From positions 5,088-69,087 of the forward strand of contig JAFXHR010000020.1 in assembly GCA_017536305.1 (NCBI GenBank): DNA of 64,000 nt. Direction: 5' to 3'. Under the pieces are notes generated by a model, which had not been told where the DNA came from, did no database searches, and was given only the letters and a program-made list of their open reading frames with translations. Below are positions 1 through 10,033 of this stretch, in pieces. The translations under genes were made by a program, and so were the position numbers. This DNA comes from Clostridia bacterium (GTDB taxonomy: Bacteria > Bacillota > Clostridia > Christensenellales > Borkfalkiaceae). Numbering within the stretch: position 1 is the stretch's first letter; each line of letters opens with the position of its first letter.

Positions 1-1040
1 TTTTAATCGGCGCGGTTATCGGCGGGGCTTTGGGCTTTTTTATTACCTTTAATAAAAAAATCTACGGTGCGGAAATACAATTTCAGGTATATCAGGTAAA
101 CGTAGAGCAAACGCCAAATACGAATAATACAACGACAACGACGAAACCCAACGCCTATAAGCGTTTTGATGAAGCAACTATGTCCGATTTGTTGTCCTTT
201 TTGAACGCTCGTTCGTTTGTCGAAAGACTGTATTGCGACGAATATGGTGTGCCTATTGTAAAAGACGCGTATGCGAACGATTTGAAAGTGGCGATTGAAA
301 CGGCAACGGCACAAAAGAAAGCTTTGCGCGAGAAAGAAGTGGCGGTTAAGCTTTTGGAAAAGGAAGTGGAAAAAGAAAAATCCATCACCGAAATGAAAAA
401 AGAGCTGTATACCATAGAAGACGAAACGTTTGAAGCCATGACGGTTGCGTATGAAATCGCGGTAACCGCAGGCACGGTAACGCCTGAGCAGGAAACGGAG
501 TATAAGGCGCAAAAGGAAACGTATCTCAATGCCTATAACGCGTATACCGTACAACAAAAAAAGCAAGCACAGGTACAAGAACAGCTTGCGGTATTGAAAG
601 CGGAAACAAGTACGGCAAGAACGCAAGCCAACGAATCGGTGGCAAAAGCGCTTGCGCTTTGGAGAGCGGAAGAAGATTATAAAACTTTATTTAGTAAAAT
701 CGAAAAAGCGGATATTGAATTTACCCGTCCTATCGGCGACGATTCCTTGGCGTTTATCACGGCAAACGTCGGTGTGAAAAAGGATTTTGATTTTGCCAAA
801 GAGTTGGTAGGGCTGATTGAAGAAAAATTGCCTGCATACGTAAAAGAATGTGTAGGCGACGGCGCGTTCTGTCAAGCTTTGCCCTATGACGAAGTGGGAA
901 GAACGAATAAGGAAGACATTATCTCCAATACCGTTAAATATGCGATTTTAGGCGGTGTTTTAGGTCTTTTGGTTGCTTGTATCGTCCTTGGCGTTAAAGA
1001 CCGCGAACAATTTTTCGTTTGCGCGGAAAATAACGATTAA
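1..1040 (+). CDS. Polysaccharide chain-length determinant-like protein (Wzz/PCP family), 5' end outside window
   Basis: Frame is open from the window edge (codons from nt 3: LIGAVIGGALGFFITF, a TM helix). Long Glu/Lys/Ala-rich helical loop, then a second TM helix AILGGVLGLLVACIVLGV near the C-terminus. TAA at 1038-1040. First gene of a glycan cluster. Confidence 0.6.
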   Translation, partial: LIGAVIGGALGFFITFNKKIYGAEIQFQVYQVNVEQTPNTNNTTTTTKPNAYKRFDEATMSDLLSFLNARSFVERLYCDEYGVPIVKDAYANDLKVAIETATAQKKALREKEVAVKLLEKEVEKEKSITEMKKELYTIEDETFEAMTVAYEIAVTAGTVTPEQETEYKAQKETYLNAYNAYTVQQKKQAQVQEQLAVLKAETSTARTQANESVAKALALWRAEEDYKTLFSKIEKADIEFTRPIGDDSLAFITANVGVKKDFDFAKELVGLIEEKLPAYVKECVGDGAFCQALPYDEVGRTNKEDIISNTVKYAILGGVLGLLVACIVLGVKDREQFFVCAENND

Positions 1041-1060
1041 GGATATTTGGGAGTAAAAGT

Positions 1061-2137
1061 ATGAAAGTGCTCGTTTTGGTAGAAGATTATCCGAATAATC
1101 AGGGCGGTGTTACGCTGATGTATGTGCATACGCGTAATGCATATTACGTGCAACACGGTATTGACGTGGACGTTTTGAATTTTCGCACGACGGAAAATTA
1201 CACCTATGAAGGCGTTCCCGTCATGAGCGAAGATACCTTCTTGAAAAATCCCAAGCAGTACGATTTGCTTATCGTGCACGCGGGCAACGTCAAAAACCAT
1301 TATCGGTTTTTGAAAAAGAACGGCAAGCTGTTTCCCCGTTTCTTATTCTTCTATCACGGTCACGAAGTATTGCGTTTAAGCTCCGTGTATTCGAAACCGT
1401 ATCCGTACGTGTCTAGAAGTAGAGTAAAGGAATTTTTACAGGATTGCTACGATACCTTTAAGCTTAGAGTATGGCGAAAATATTTGCCCAAGGTAGCGTA
1501 TAAATCGCACTTTGTCTTCGTGAGTAAATGGATGTACGACGAGTTCTTAAAGCACACGAAAATCCCCGAAAAGGTGCTAGACGGAAAAACGTCCATTACC
1601 TATAACTGCGTAGGGGAAACGTTTGAAAAGGAAACGTACGACGAAAACGCGGAAAAAGAATACGATTTCGTAACGGTGCGTGGGAACTTAGACGGCTCGA
1701 AATATTCGGTGGATATCGTCAATCGCCTTGCTTTTAATACGCCAAACGCAAAATTTTTGCTCGTGGGGAAAGGGGAATTTTTCAATCACTATGAAAAAGC
1801 GCCGAATATCGAATGGCGCAACCAAACGATGGGTCATAAAGAGATTATTGAAATTTTACAAAAATCCCGCTTTGCATTGATGCCGACGCGCACGGACGCG
1901 CAGGGGCTTATGATGTGTGAAATGTCGGCGTTCGGTATTCCCGTGATTACTTCGGATATTCCCGTTTGTCACGAAGTATACGACGGCTTTGACAATGCGT
2001 ATTTTATCGACAATAACGACGAGAACGGGAATTTGGAGCTGTTTTTGAGCCTACCGAATAAGAGCGAAAAAGACGTACGGTTTTATAAGGAAAAAACGAT
2101 TAGTAAAGAACTGGATATCATTCATCAAATACAGTAA
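1061..2137 (+). CDS. Glycosyltransferase, GT4-like (GT-B fold)
   Basis: 358-aa ORF with GGGAG RBS upstream. C-terminal segment RFALMPTRTDAQGLMMCEMSAFGIPVITSD matches the E-x7-E region of GT4 enzymes. Confidence 0.75.
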   Translation: MKVLVLVEDYPNNQGGVTLMYVHTRNAYYVQHGIDVDVLNFRTTENYTYEGVPVMSEDTFLKNPKQYDLLIVHAGNVKNHYRFLKKNGKLFPRFLFFYHGHEVLRLSSVYSKPYPYVSRSRVKEFLQDCYDTFKLRVWRKYLPKVAYKSHFVFVSKWMYDEFLKHTKIPEKVLDGKTSITYNCVGETFEKETYDENAEKEYDFVTVRGNLDGSKYSVDIVNRLAFNTPNAKFLLVGKGEFFNHYEKAPNIEWRNQTMGHKEIIEILQKSRFALMPTRTDAQGLMMCEMSAFGIPVITSDIPVCHEVYDGFDNAYFIDNNDENGNLELFLSLPNKSEKDVRFYKEKTISKELDIIHQIQ

Positions 2138-2148
2138 GGGGATAGAGA

Positions 2149-3411
2149 ATGGCGTTGGCATTAATAACATTATTGAGCGCTTATTTGCTCGTATTGATAT
2201 TAAAAAAACTCGCAAATTTTTCAATATTTGACGGGTTCTTTTTCGTGATGTCACCCTTTGTGTTTATCATTCTTTTGAACAATCTTTTCTTTTATAAAAT
2301 AGGCTTTTATAAGATAGAAACCGATGTAGTGTATTTACACGCGCTTGCCGTTGCCGTATTTGGGCTGGGGAGCTTGTTGGTAGATATGCGCAGACAAATG
2401 ATTAAAGTACAACCCGTTTTAATGAAATACGAAACGCCCGATTTGCATTTGTCGTGGTTATATACCATTGTTATCGGTTCAATAGCAATCGTGTTTTTAG
2501 ATATTGTCATGCGTGTGCGAGCGCACGGTCTTGCCAACGTGTTAGCGACGGCGCAAGGCACGGAGCAAGGCTCGATTGCGGCGCATTTGACCTTGCTTTT
2601 GAACCCGCTTAGCGTTTTGCTATTTGATTATTATTGCGAAAAGAAAAATAAGGCTTGTTTATTTCTTTGGGCTATCGCGCTCGTTTGTGTGTTTGCGACG
2701 TTTATTAAGTATCATATTATTTCCGCCGTATTGACCTTGGCGATTTATATTATTATCCGTCGGCCGAGCTTGGTAAAAAAGGTCATTATCGTTGCGGGTA
2801 TCGGTATCGTGTTATTTTTCGTATTGAATTACGCGATAGGGTTTAATGTGCGGGATATTGAAGTGGAAACGAGCTTTTATCTCAAACACCTTTGGAAATA
2901 TTTAGCAGGTGGTACGGCAAATATTACGAACTTAGAGCAGTATATAGCAGGCTATAAAATAGAGCTGTCTTTTTGGGACTGGTTACTTGCTATATTGACC
3001 AGCTTTTGGGATATGTTTAGCTTAAAACTCTTCGGCGTAGAAATTTCCGACTATCAATTTAGTACCGTATTACCGTATTTTCCCTTGAATATAGAAGGGG
3101 ATGAAACGTCCAACGTTATCAGCTTTTTAGGCGCGGTATATCTGCACACGGGGATTGTCGGTTTCGTGCTGTTTACCTTTATATGGGGTATTTTGGTGCA
3201 AGCCGTTTATACGACGGCAAAAGAATCCCGTTCGTTGGCGGCGGTGCTCCCTGCAAGCGTATTTTTAGCGTATAATATGTTGTCTTTCTTTTCTTGCTAC
3301 TGGGAATTATCCAATCCGATGGAAACGATTATTTTGGCTTTTGTGTTATTCTTCTTTTTACCCAAAAGGAAAAAGAAAAAAGCTTTACATTGTATAAAGG
3401 AACTTCATTGA
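2149..3411 (+). CDS. Polytopic membrane protein, probable repeat-unit polymerase (Wzy-like)
   Basis: 420 aa, many hydrophobic helices, no soluble domain. Lies between glycosyltransferases in a Wzx-containing locus. Family assignment is by context only. Confidence 0.5.
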   Translation: MALALITLLSAYLLVLILKKLANFSIFDGFFFVMSPFVFIILLNNLFFYKIGFYKIETDVVYLHALAVAVFGLGSLLVDMRRQMIKVQPVLMKYETPDLHLSWLYTIVIGSIAIVFLDIVMRVRAHGLANVLATAQGTEQGSIAAHLTLLLNPLSVLLFDYYCEKKNKACLFLWAIALVCVFATFIKYHIISAVLTLAIYIIIRRPSLVKKVIIVAGIGIVLFFVLNYAIGFNVRDIEVETSFYLKHLWKYLAGGTANITNLEQYIAGYKIELSFWDWLLAILTSFWDMFSLKLFGVEISDYQFSTVLPYFPLNIEGDETSNVISFLGAVYLHTGIVGFVLFTFIWGILVQAVYTTAKESRSLAAVLPASVFLAYNMLSFFSCYWELSNPMETIILAFVLFFFLPKRKKKKALHCIKELH

Positions 3412-3412
3412 T

Positions 3413-4345
3413 ATGTATTTTACCATTTGCGTACCTGCATATAATCGTGCACATACCATTTTGCGCACGCTGGAAAGTATTAAAACACAATCCTTTTCTT
3501 CCTACGAAGTGGTTATCGTAGACGACGGCTCGAAAGACGATACGACGGCTACGGTGCAAAAGTATATTGAAGAGAACGGATTGCAAGAGCAGTTTTTCTA
3601 CTATTATAAAGAAAACGGCGGAAAGCATACCGCGCTCAATTTCGGGATAGAAAAGGCGCAGGGCGAATTTTTCGTCATTCTCGATTCGGACGATTGGCTC
3701 GTAGAAAACGCGCTGGAAAGCCTACATAGCTATTGCGAGCAAATTCGTAGCGACGATAGCTACTGTGGTGTAATGGGTAAGTCGATTAACAGCGCAACGG
3801 GAGAAATTATCGGAGATTTATTCGATTTAGAAAACCCGAAATCGTCCTATTTTGATTACCATTTTATTATCCCGCAAACGAAAAACGTAGTCGATTGTTT
3901 TGAGGCGAATAAAACGAAAATATTAAAGCAATACCGTTTTCCCGAGCCTGAGAACGTAAAATTCGTGCCCGAGGCTTGGATGTTCGACCAAATCGGCGTG
4001 CAGTATCATTTGCTTTTAACCAACGACGCATTCCGTTTGGTGGAATATATGGCGGACGGCATTACGAGCGATAGTGGATTAAAGCAAAGAAACGCGGTAG
4101 GATTTTTGTATCATTACGTTTCCCGTTTGGAAAACGTTTTGCCTAAGAAAAAGCTTTCTTTTTCCTTACGCTTGAAATTATATACGGTCGCTTGGTGGCG
4201 GTACTGGCAATGCGTAAAGCTGGACAAGTCCAAGCAAGGTCCGCGTGTGAAAAGGGTAACCTTTTTCGGATTTTTAATGAAACTTGGAACGCCCTTTTTG
4301 ACGTTTGTAGCCAAGCGTAAATATAAGGATAACAATAGAATTTAA
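3413..4345 (+). CDS. Glycosyltransferase family 2
   Basis: N-terminal CVPAYNR...VVIVDDGSKDDT and LDSDDW (DxD) motifs typical of GT2. Confidence 0.8.
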   Translation: MYFTICVPAYNRAHTILRTLESIKTQSFSSYEVVIVDDGSKDDTTATVQKYIEENGLQEQFFYYYKENGGKHTALNFGIEKAQGEFFVILDSDDWLVENALESLHSYCEQIRSDDSYCGVMGKSINSATGEIIGDLFDLENPKSSYFDYHFIIPQTKNVVDCFEANKTKILKQYRFPEPENVKFVPEAWMFDQIGVQYHLLLTNDAFRLVEYMADGITSDSGLKQRNAVGFLYHYVSRLENVLPKKKLSFSLRLKLYTVAWWRYWQCVKLDKSKQGPRVKRVTFFGFLMKLGTPFLTFVAKRKYKDNNRI

Positions 4346-4355
4346 CGGAGAATTT

Positions 4356-5363
4356 ATGAGAAAATTACAGTATTCAGTGTACAAACAGGAAACGGGTAGC
4401 GCAGGCGGAAAAGCAAAAAACGACGCGTTCGATATTTTGCTTGCCAACGGGTTTGCCCCGTCCTATAAACCGTCGCATAAGAGAAGTATTCGGATAATAC
4501 AGCAATATTTATCCTTGCGCAAAATCAAGAAAGATACGCTACTGTTCGTGCAGTATCCTGCGATTAGCGACGCTTTGATGAAAAAGCTCGTGAAACGCTT
4601 GAAAAAGACGAAAGCTACGAGCGTTGCGCTCGTACACGATTTACCGTCTATTCAAGGTATGGGTGGGGAAACGGATAACGAAATCAAGCAGTTGAACGCC
4701 TTTGATTATTTAATCGTTCATAACGAAAAAATGGACGCATACTTAAAAGAAAAAGGCTATCAAGGCAAAACGGTAATTTTGGGTGTTTTCGACTATTTGC
4801 ACGATATTGAAAAACCCGTATGCGATACGCCGTATGAAAATAGAATTTGTATCGCTGGCAATTTGGATAAAGGCGCGTACATTCGCAAAGTGGACGAGCT
4901 TTCGTCCTATCAATTTAATTTGTACGGCGTCAATAGAGTGTTAGATTTAACGCAGATAAATAACGCTCAGTACAAAGGCTGTTTGCCGTCGGACGAAATC
5001 GTATACCTACTCGACGGCGACTTTGGTTTGGTTTGGGACGGCGAATCGCTGGACGAATGTTCGGGTATTTACGGCAAGTATTTGCTGTATAATAATCCGC
5101 ACAAGCTTTCGTTATATCTTTCGTCGGGCAAACCCGTGATTGTATGGAAACAATCGGCGTTAGCGCCGTTTGTGGAAGAAAACGGCTTGGGGGTTGCGGT
5201 GGATTCCCTTGCGGAGCTCGAACGCTTAGATTTACAGGCAAACTATGAAAACTACAAGCAAAACGTAATGGAAGTGAAGAAAAAGCTGGGTAGCGGTTAC
5301 TATTTAACGCAAGCCCTTGCGCGCGTCATGGAAGATATAGAAAAGGAAACGGAGAAAAAATAA
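4356..5363 (+). CDS. Putative glycosyltransferase (possibly a galactofuranosyltransferase; family uncertain)
   Basis: 335-aa soluble ORF inside the glycan locus, two genes upstream of glf. No motif I can name with certainty. Confidence 0.4.
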   Translation: MRKLQYSVYKQETGSAGGKAKNDAFDILLANGFAPSYKPSHKRSIRIIQQYLSLRKIKKDTLLFVQYPAISDALMKKLVKRLKKTKATSVALVHDLPSIQGMGGETDNEIKQLNAFDYLIVHNEKMDAYLKEKGYQGKTVILGVFDYLHDIEKPVCDTPYENRICIAGNLDKGAYIRKVDELSSYQFNLYGVNRVLDLTQINNAQYKGCLPSDEIVYLLDGDFGLVWDGESLDECSGIYGKYLLYNNPHKLSLYLSSGKPVIVWKQSALAPFVEENGLGVAVDSLAELERLDLQANYENYKQNVMEVKKKLGSGYYLTQALARVMEDIEKETEKK

Positions 5364-6316
5364 TGGAAAAAGTTTTAACAATCTCAATAGCGTCGTATAA
5401 CGTAGAAAAATACATAGCGGAAACGCTGGATTCGCTCGTGCAATCGCCTGCGATTGACGATTTGGAAATTTTAGTGGTCAACGACGGCTCTAAGGATAGA
5501 ACGGTGGAAATCGTCAAGGGCTACGAAGAAAAATATCCGCAATCGGTGCGCTTGATTGACAAGCCAAACGGCGGTTGGGGCTCGACGATTAACGCGTCTT
5601 TACAAGTAGCGACGGGGAAATATTTCAAGCTTTTAGACGGCGACGACTGGTTTGAAACGAAGAATATCGCGCCCTTTATCGAGTTTTTGAAAAAAGCGGA
5701 CGAGGACGTCGTTTTAACGCAATACACGAAGGTATACGAGCCGGCTATGAATAGGGAGCTGGAAGTTTGCAATTTGCCGGAGCTTACCGCTATATCCATT
5801 GCGGATATCGACGCGATTGCTATGCACTCGGTATGCGTGAAAACGTCGGTCATTCAAGGTAAATTGCAAATTACGGAGCATTGTTTTTACACGGACGCGG
5901 AATTTGCGGTAAAGGTATTTTATCATGCGGAAACGGCGATTTACCTGCCTATATCCGTTTACGAATATCGCTTGGGTTTAGGCGGTCAAAGCGTTGCGCC
6001 TGCAAGCATGGGCAGAAACTTTTTACAGCACGAGAAGATTTTCAAAACGGTATGTCCTATCGTTTACGGCTCGGAAAAATTGAGAAAATACCGCGATTCT
6101 ATGCGTAGAATGGCGAATACGCAATATACCTTTTTCCTGTGTGCGCCCGTAAATAGAAATACTTATAAAACCATGAAAGCGTTCTCCAAATACTTAAAAA
6201 AGGATTATAAGGAAGCGTATAAGGCTTTGCGCACGGCGAAAAAAGCCATTAACTGGTGTTATTTACTGTATTATATCGTAGCAAAAAGGGTACATAAACA
6301 AAACAATCTCGACTAA
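5363..6316 (+). CDS. Glycosyltransferase family 2
   Basis: ISIASYNVEKYI...LVVNDGSKDRT...LDGDDW motifs. Start overlaps the previous stop (TAATG). Confidence 0.8.
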   Translation: MEKVLTISIASYNVEKYIAETLDSLVQSPAIDDLEILVVNDGSKDRTVEIVKGYEEKYPQSVRLIDKPNGGWGSTINASLQVATGKYFKLLDGDDWFETKNIAPFIEFLKKADEDVVLTQYTKVYEPAMNRELEVCNLPELTAISIADIDAIAMHSVCVKTSVIQGKLQITEHCFYTDAEFAVKVFYHAETAIYLPISVYEYRLGLGGQSVAPASMGRNFLQHEKIFKTVCPIVYGSEKLRKYRDSMRRMANTQYTFFLCAPVNRNTYKTMKAFSKYLKKDYKEAYKALRTAKKAINWCYLLYYIVAKRVHKQNNLD

Positions 6317-6325
6317 TCGTTCGCT

Positions 6326-8917
6326 ATGGCAAAGAGTGTAAAGAAAAATTATATTTACAATTTAATTTACCAAATTTTGGTGCTGTTAATTCCGCTCGTT
6401 TCCATGCCCTACCTTTCGCGAGTGTTGGAAGCGGACGGGATAGGGACGGTCAGCTACGCCGAGTCGATTGTGTCCTATTTCGTGCTCGTCGCGTCGCTGG
6501 GCACGGCGACCTACGGTCAACGGCAAATTTCCTACGTGCGTGATTCGGTGGAAGAGAGAAGTCGCGTCTTTTGGGAAACCCAGCTACTGCGAACGATAAT
6601 GACGGTAATCGTCAGCGGATTATACCTTATATTTGCGTTTTTCATAGCGGATAAATCGGCGACTTGGATTTACGTATTATTCGGTATACAGCTTTTGTCC
6701 GTATCGGCGGAAATCGTTTGGTTTTTTCAAGGCTTGGAAGAATTCGGCAAGGTCGTTCTTCGGAACATTTTTGTAAAAATCATATCGCTGATACTCTTCT
6801 TTCTTATCGTAAAAACCAAAGACGATTTACTCTATTACGTACTCATTTACGTGGGCGTAAATTTTGTTTGCGGTGTGTCGCTTTGGGGGTATTTACCCAA
6901 ATACGTAAAAAAAATACCGCTCAAAAGCTTGCGCCCGTTTCGGAATATCAAGGTGGTGCTTTCCTTGTTCTTACCGACCGTTGCGGTACAAATTTATACC
7001 GTTTTGGATAAGACGATGATAGGGCTTATCACGGGTAGCTCTTTTGAAAACGGCTATTACGAGCAGGCGTCGATAATCGCCAAGGTAGCGCTTACCGTTA
7101 TCACTGCGCTTGGTATCGTTATGATTTCGCGCGTAGGGTATTACTACGAAAAAGGTGAAACGGAAACGGTGCGTAGCTATTTGTATCGGAGTTACCGCTT
7201 TGCTTGGCTGTTGGCAATTCCTATGTGCTTAGGCTTAATTATGATTGCGCCCAACTTCGTACCGTGGTTTTTCGGTGCGGGGTATGACGGGGTAATACCG
7301 CTACTGCAAATTCAATCGGTGCTCATTATCTCGATAGGCATCAATATGGTTACGGGTAATCAATATTTAATACCGACAAAGCGTGAAAATATATATACCT
7401 TGACCGTGCTTATCGGTGCCGGTACGAATTTTATGCTCAATTTGTTTTTAATTTATCATTTCCAAGCGCTGGGCGCAGGGATTGCGTCGGTGGTAGCGGA
7501 AACGGTGATTGCTATCTTGCAAATTGTAATCGTCCGCAAGGAATTATCCCCTTGGAAGATTGTGAAATCGAGCGCAAAATACTGGATAGCAGGGCTTGTA
7601 ATGCTCGTGCCCTTGTATTTTGAAAATAAATACTTTGCCCCGTCTATGCTAAATACCTTGATAATGATAGCAAGCGGTGCGCTCGTATATGCTATGGTGT
7701 TATTCATTTTACGAGATGATTTTTTCCTGTCGAACATACAATCGGTGCTTGGCAGATTTATAAAAAGAAAAGATAAAAAAGGAGAAAGTATGAAATACGA
7801 TTATTTGGTAGTTGGCGCAGGACTTTACGGCGCGGTAGTAGCTCAGCAGGCAAAGGCACACGGGAAAAGCGTGCTCGTGATTGACAAACGGGAGAATATC
7901 GCAGGGAACGTATATACCGAAGAAATAGAGGGTATACAGGTGCATAAATACGGCGCGCATATTTTCCATACCAACGATAAAACGGTTTGGAATTATATCA
8001 CGCGCTTTGCGGAATTTAACCGTTTTACCAACTCTCCCGTGGCAAACTATAAAGGGGAGCTGTACTCTCTGCCCTTTAATATGTATACCTTTAATAAAAT
8101 GTGGGGCGTGGTAACCCCCGAAGAGGCGCAGGCAAAAATTGAAGAACAAAAACGCTCGGCGAATATTACCGAGCCGAAGAACTTGGAAGAGCAGGCAATT
8201 TCGCTCGTGGGCGTAGACATTTACGAAAAGCTCGTAAAGGGGTACACCGAAAAGCAATGGGGGCGCGATTGCAAGGATTTGCCCGCGTTTATCATTAAAC
8301 GCTTACCCGTTCGTTTTACCTTTGATAACAACTATTTCAACGCCTTGTATCAAGGTATTCCCGTCGGTGGTTATACGAAGATGGTCGCTAATCTTTTGGA
8401 CGGCGTGGAAGTGCGCTTGGGCGTGGACTATTTACAAAACAAAGCGGAGTACGACGCGTTAGCGGATAAGGTAATTTATACGGGCGCGATTGACGCGTAC
8501 TTTGATTATCAGCTCGGGTGCTTGGAATACCGCTCCGTTCGCTTTGAAACGGAAATTTTGGATAAGCCGAATTTCCAAGGCAACGTTGCCGTGAACTATA
8601 CGGATAGAGAAACGCCTTGGACGAGAATTATCGAGCATAAGTGGTTTGAGTTTGGCAAAGACGCCAACGGAAACGACCTGCCTAAGACGGTAATCAGCCG
8701 TGAATACAGCTCCGAGTGGAAACTTGGCGACGAGCCGTATTATCCCGTGAACGACGAGAAAAACGGTGCGCTGTTCAAGCAGTATAAAGAGCTTGCGGAC
8801 AGGGAAGAAAAGGTAGTGTTCGGCGGTAGACTTGGCGAATATAAATATTACGATATGGACCAAGTAATCGCGGTTGCGCTTAAAAAGAGCGAAGAATTAT
8901 TCGGCGATAACAAATAA
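6326..8917 (+). CDS. glf: Wzx-type oligosaccharide flippase fused in frame to UDP-galactopyranose mutase
   Basis: Single 863-codon frame. aa 1-~480 are a multi-TM MOP/Wzx flippase. From the in-frame ATG at 7790, MKYDYLVVGAGLYGAV...HKYGAHIFHT is classic Glf. AGGAGA RBS lies just upstream of 7790, with no stop between the two parts. Confidence 0.85.
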   Translation: MAKSVKKNYIYNLIYQILVLLIPLVSMPYLSRVLEADGIGTVSYAESIVSYFVLVASLGTATYGQRQISYVRDSVEERSRVFWETQLLRTIMTVIVSGLYLIFAFFIADKSATWIYVLFGIQLLSVSAEIVWFFQGLEEFGKVVLRNIFVKIISLILFFLIVKTKDDLLYYVLIYVGVNFVCGVSLWGYLPKYVKKIPLKSLRPFRNIKVVLSLFLPTVAVQIYTVLDKTMIGLITGSSFENGYYEQASIIAKVALTVITALGIVMISRVGYYYEKGETETVRSYLYRSYRFAWLLAIPMCLGLIMIAPNFVPWFFGAGYDGVIPLLQIQSVLIISIGINMVTGNQYLIPTKRENIYTLTVLIGAGTNFMLNLFLIYHFQALGAGIASVVAETVIAILQIVIVRKELSPWKIVKSSAKYWIAGLVMLVPLYFENKYFAPSMLNTLIMIASGALVYAMVLFILRDDFFLSNIQSVLGRFIKRKDKKGESMKYDYLVVGAGLYGAVVAQQAKAHGKSVLVIDKRENIAGNVYTEEIEGIQVHKYGAHIFHTNDKTVWNYITRFAEFNRFTNSPVANYKGELYSLPFNMYTFNKMWGVVTPEEAQAKIEEQKRSANITEPKNLEEQAISLVGVDIYEKLVKGYTEKQWGRDCKDLPAFIIKRLPVRFTFDNNYFNALYQGIPVGGYTKMVANLLDGVEVRLGVDYLQNKAEYDALADKVIYTGAIDAYFDYQLGCLEYRSVRFETEILDKPNFQGNVAVNYTDRETPWTRIIEHKWFEFGKDANGNDLPKTVISREYSSEWKLGDEPYYPVNDEKNGALFKQYKELADREEKVVFGGRLGEYKYYDMDQVIAVALKKSEELFGDNK

Positions 8918-8930
8918 AGAGGCAAAGGCT

Positions 8931-10028
8931 ATGAAAAAGGTAATGCTGGTATTCGGGACAAGACCTGAGGCAATTAAAATGTGTCCGCTTGTAAACGAAC
9001 TGAAAAGTAGAAAAAGCATACAAACGCTCGTATGCGTAACGGGACAGCACAGACAAATGCTCGACCAAGTGCTCGGCGCATTCAAAGTCGTACCCGATTA
9101 CGATTTATCCGTTATGAAGGACAAGCAAACGCTGTTCGACATCACGTCGAATATTTTGCTTTCGATTAAGGCAGTTTTAGAAAAGGAGCGTCCCGACGTC
9201 GTGCTCGTGCACGGGGATACTTCGACGACGTTCGTAACCGCGCTGGCGTGCTTTTATTTACAAATTCCCGTCGGACACGTGGAGGCAGGGCTGAGAACGT
9301 ATAATATTTACAGCCCGTACCCCGAAGAATTTAACCGTCAAGCGGTATCCATTATCAGTAAATACAATTTCACGCCCACGAAACTCAGCGAAGAAAACCT
9401 ACTCAAAGAAGGTCGCGCAAAGGAAAGTATTTTCGTAACGGGAAATACGGCGATTGACGCGTTAAAAACGACGGTACGCGAAGATTATACCCACCCCGAG
9501 CTGGAATGGGCAAAGGGCAGTCGCTTAATTATGATTACCGCGCACAGGCGCGAAAATTTAGGCGAACCTATGCATAATATGTTCCGTGCCATTCGTCGCG
9601 TAATGGACGAAAATCCCGACGTAAAAGCAATTTATCCCATTCACATGAACCCCGTCGTAAGAAAGTCTGCCGACGAAGAACTGAGCGGTTGCGATAGAAT
9701 TCGTATTATTGAGCCGTTAGAAGTGTTGGATTTCCATAATTTCTTGGCGAGAAGTTATATGATACTCACGGATTCCGGCGGTATCCAAGAAGAAGCGCCC
9801 AGCTTAGGCAAGCCCGTGCTGGTTATGCGCGATACGACGGAACGCCCCGAGGGGATTAAAGCGGGAACTTTGAAACTCGTAGGCACGGACGAAGAAGTCA
9901 TTTATAACAATTTCAAATTATTACTTGAAAACAAGGACGAATACGAAAAAATGTCCAAAGCAAGCAACCCGTACGGCGACGGCTTTGCCTGCAAGCGGAT
10001 TGCAGATATTTTGGAGCAAGGGGAATAA
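8931..10028 (+). CDS. wecB: UDP-N-acetylglucosamine 2-epimerase (non-hydrolysing)
   Basis: [20 protein letters not shown]..., HVEAGLRT and [20 protein letters not shown] motifs. ATG at 8931 preferred over the upstream start at 8874, which lies inside glf. Confidence 0.9.
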   Translation: MKKVMLVFGTRPEAIKMCPLVNELKSRKSIQTLVCVTGQHRQMLDQVLGAFKVVPDYDLSVMKDKQTLFDITSNILLSIKAVLEKERPDVVLVHGDTSTTFVTALACFYLQIPVGHVEAGLRTYNIYSPYPEEFNRQAVSIISKYNFTPTKLSEENLLKEGRAKESIFVTGNTAIDALKTTVREDYTHPELEWAKGSRLIMITAHRRENLGEPMHNMFRAIRRVMDENPDVKAIYPIHMNPVVRKSADEELSGCDRIRIIEPLEVLDFHNFLARSYMILTDSGGIQEEAPSLGKPVLVMRDTTERPEGIKAGTLKLVGTDEEVIYNNFKLLLENKDEYEKMSKASNPYGDGFACKRIADILEQGE

Positions 10029-10033
10029 AAACA

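Noticed and set aside
3-626. A 207-aa minus-strand ORF, plus many similar 60-170-aa antisense or out-of-frame ORFs in the track (for example 30043-30474, 52157-52660, 63365-63895, 16128-16472).
   Set aside because: All overlap well-supported genes or the tRNA on the other strand or frame. They lack RBSs and have odd composition. I treat them as non-coding.
7740-7800. Stop-codon reassignment or an alternative genetic code as the explanation for the two gene fusions (also at 40340-40385).
   Set aside because: There is no in-frame stop codon of any kind at either junction. All other genes terminate at ordinary TAA or TGA codons with sensible lengths under the standard code.
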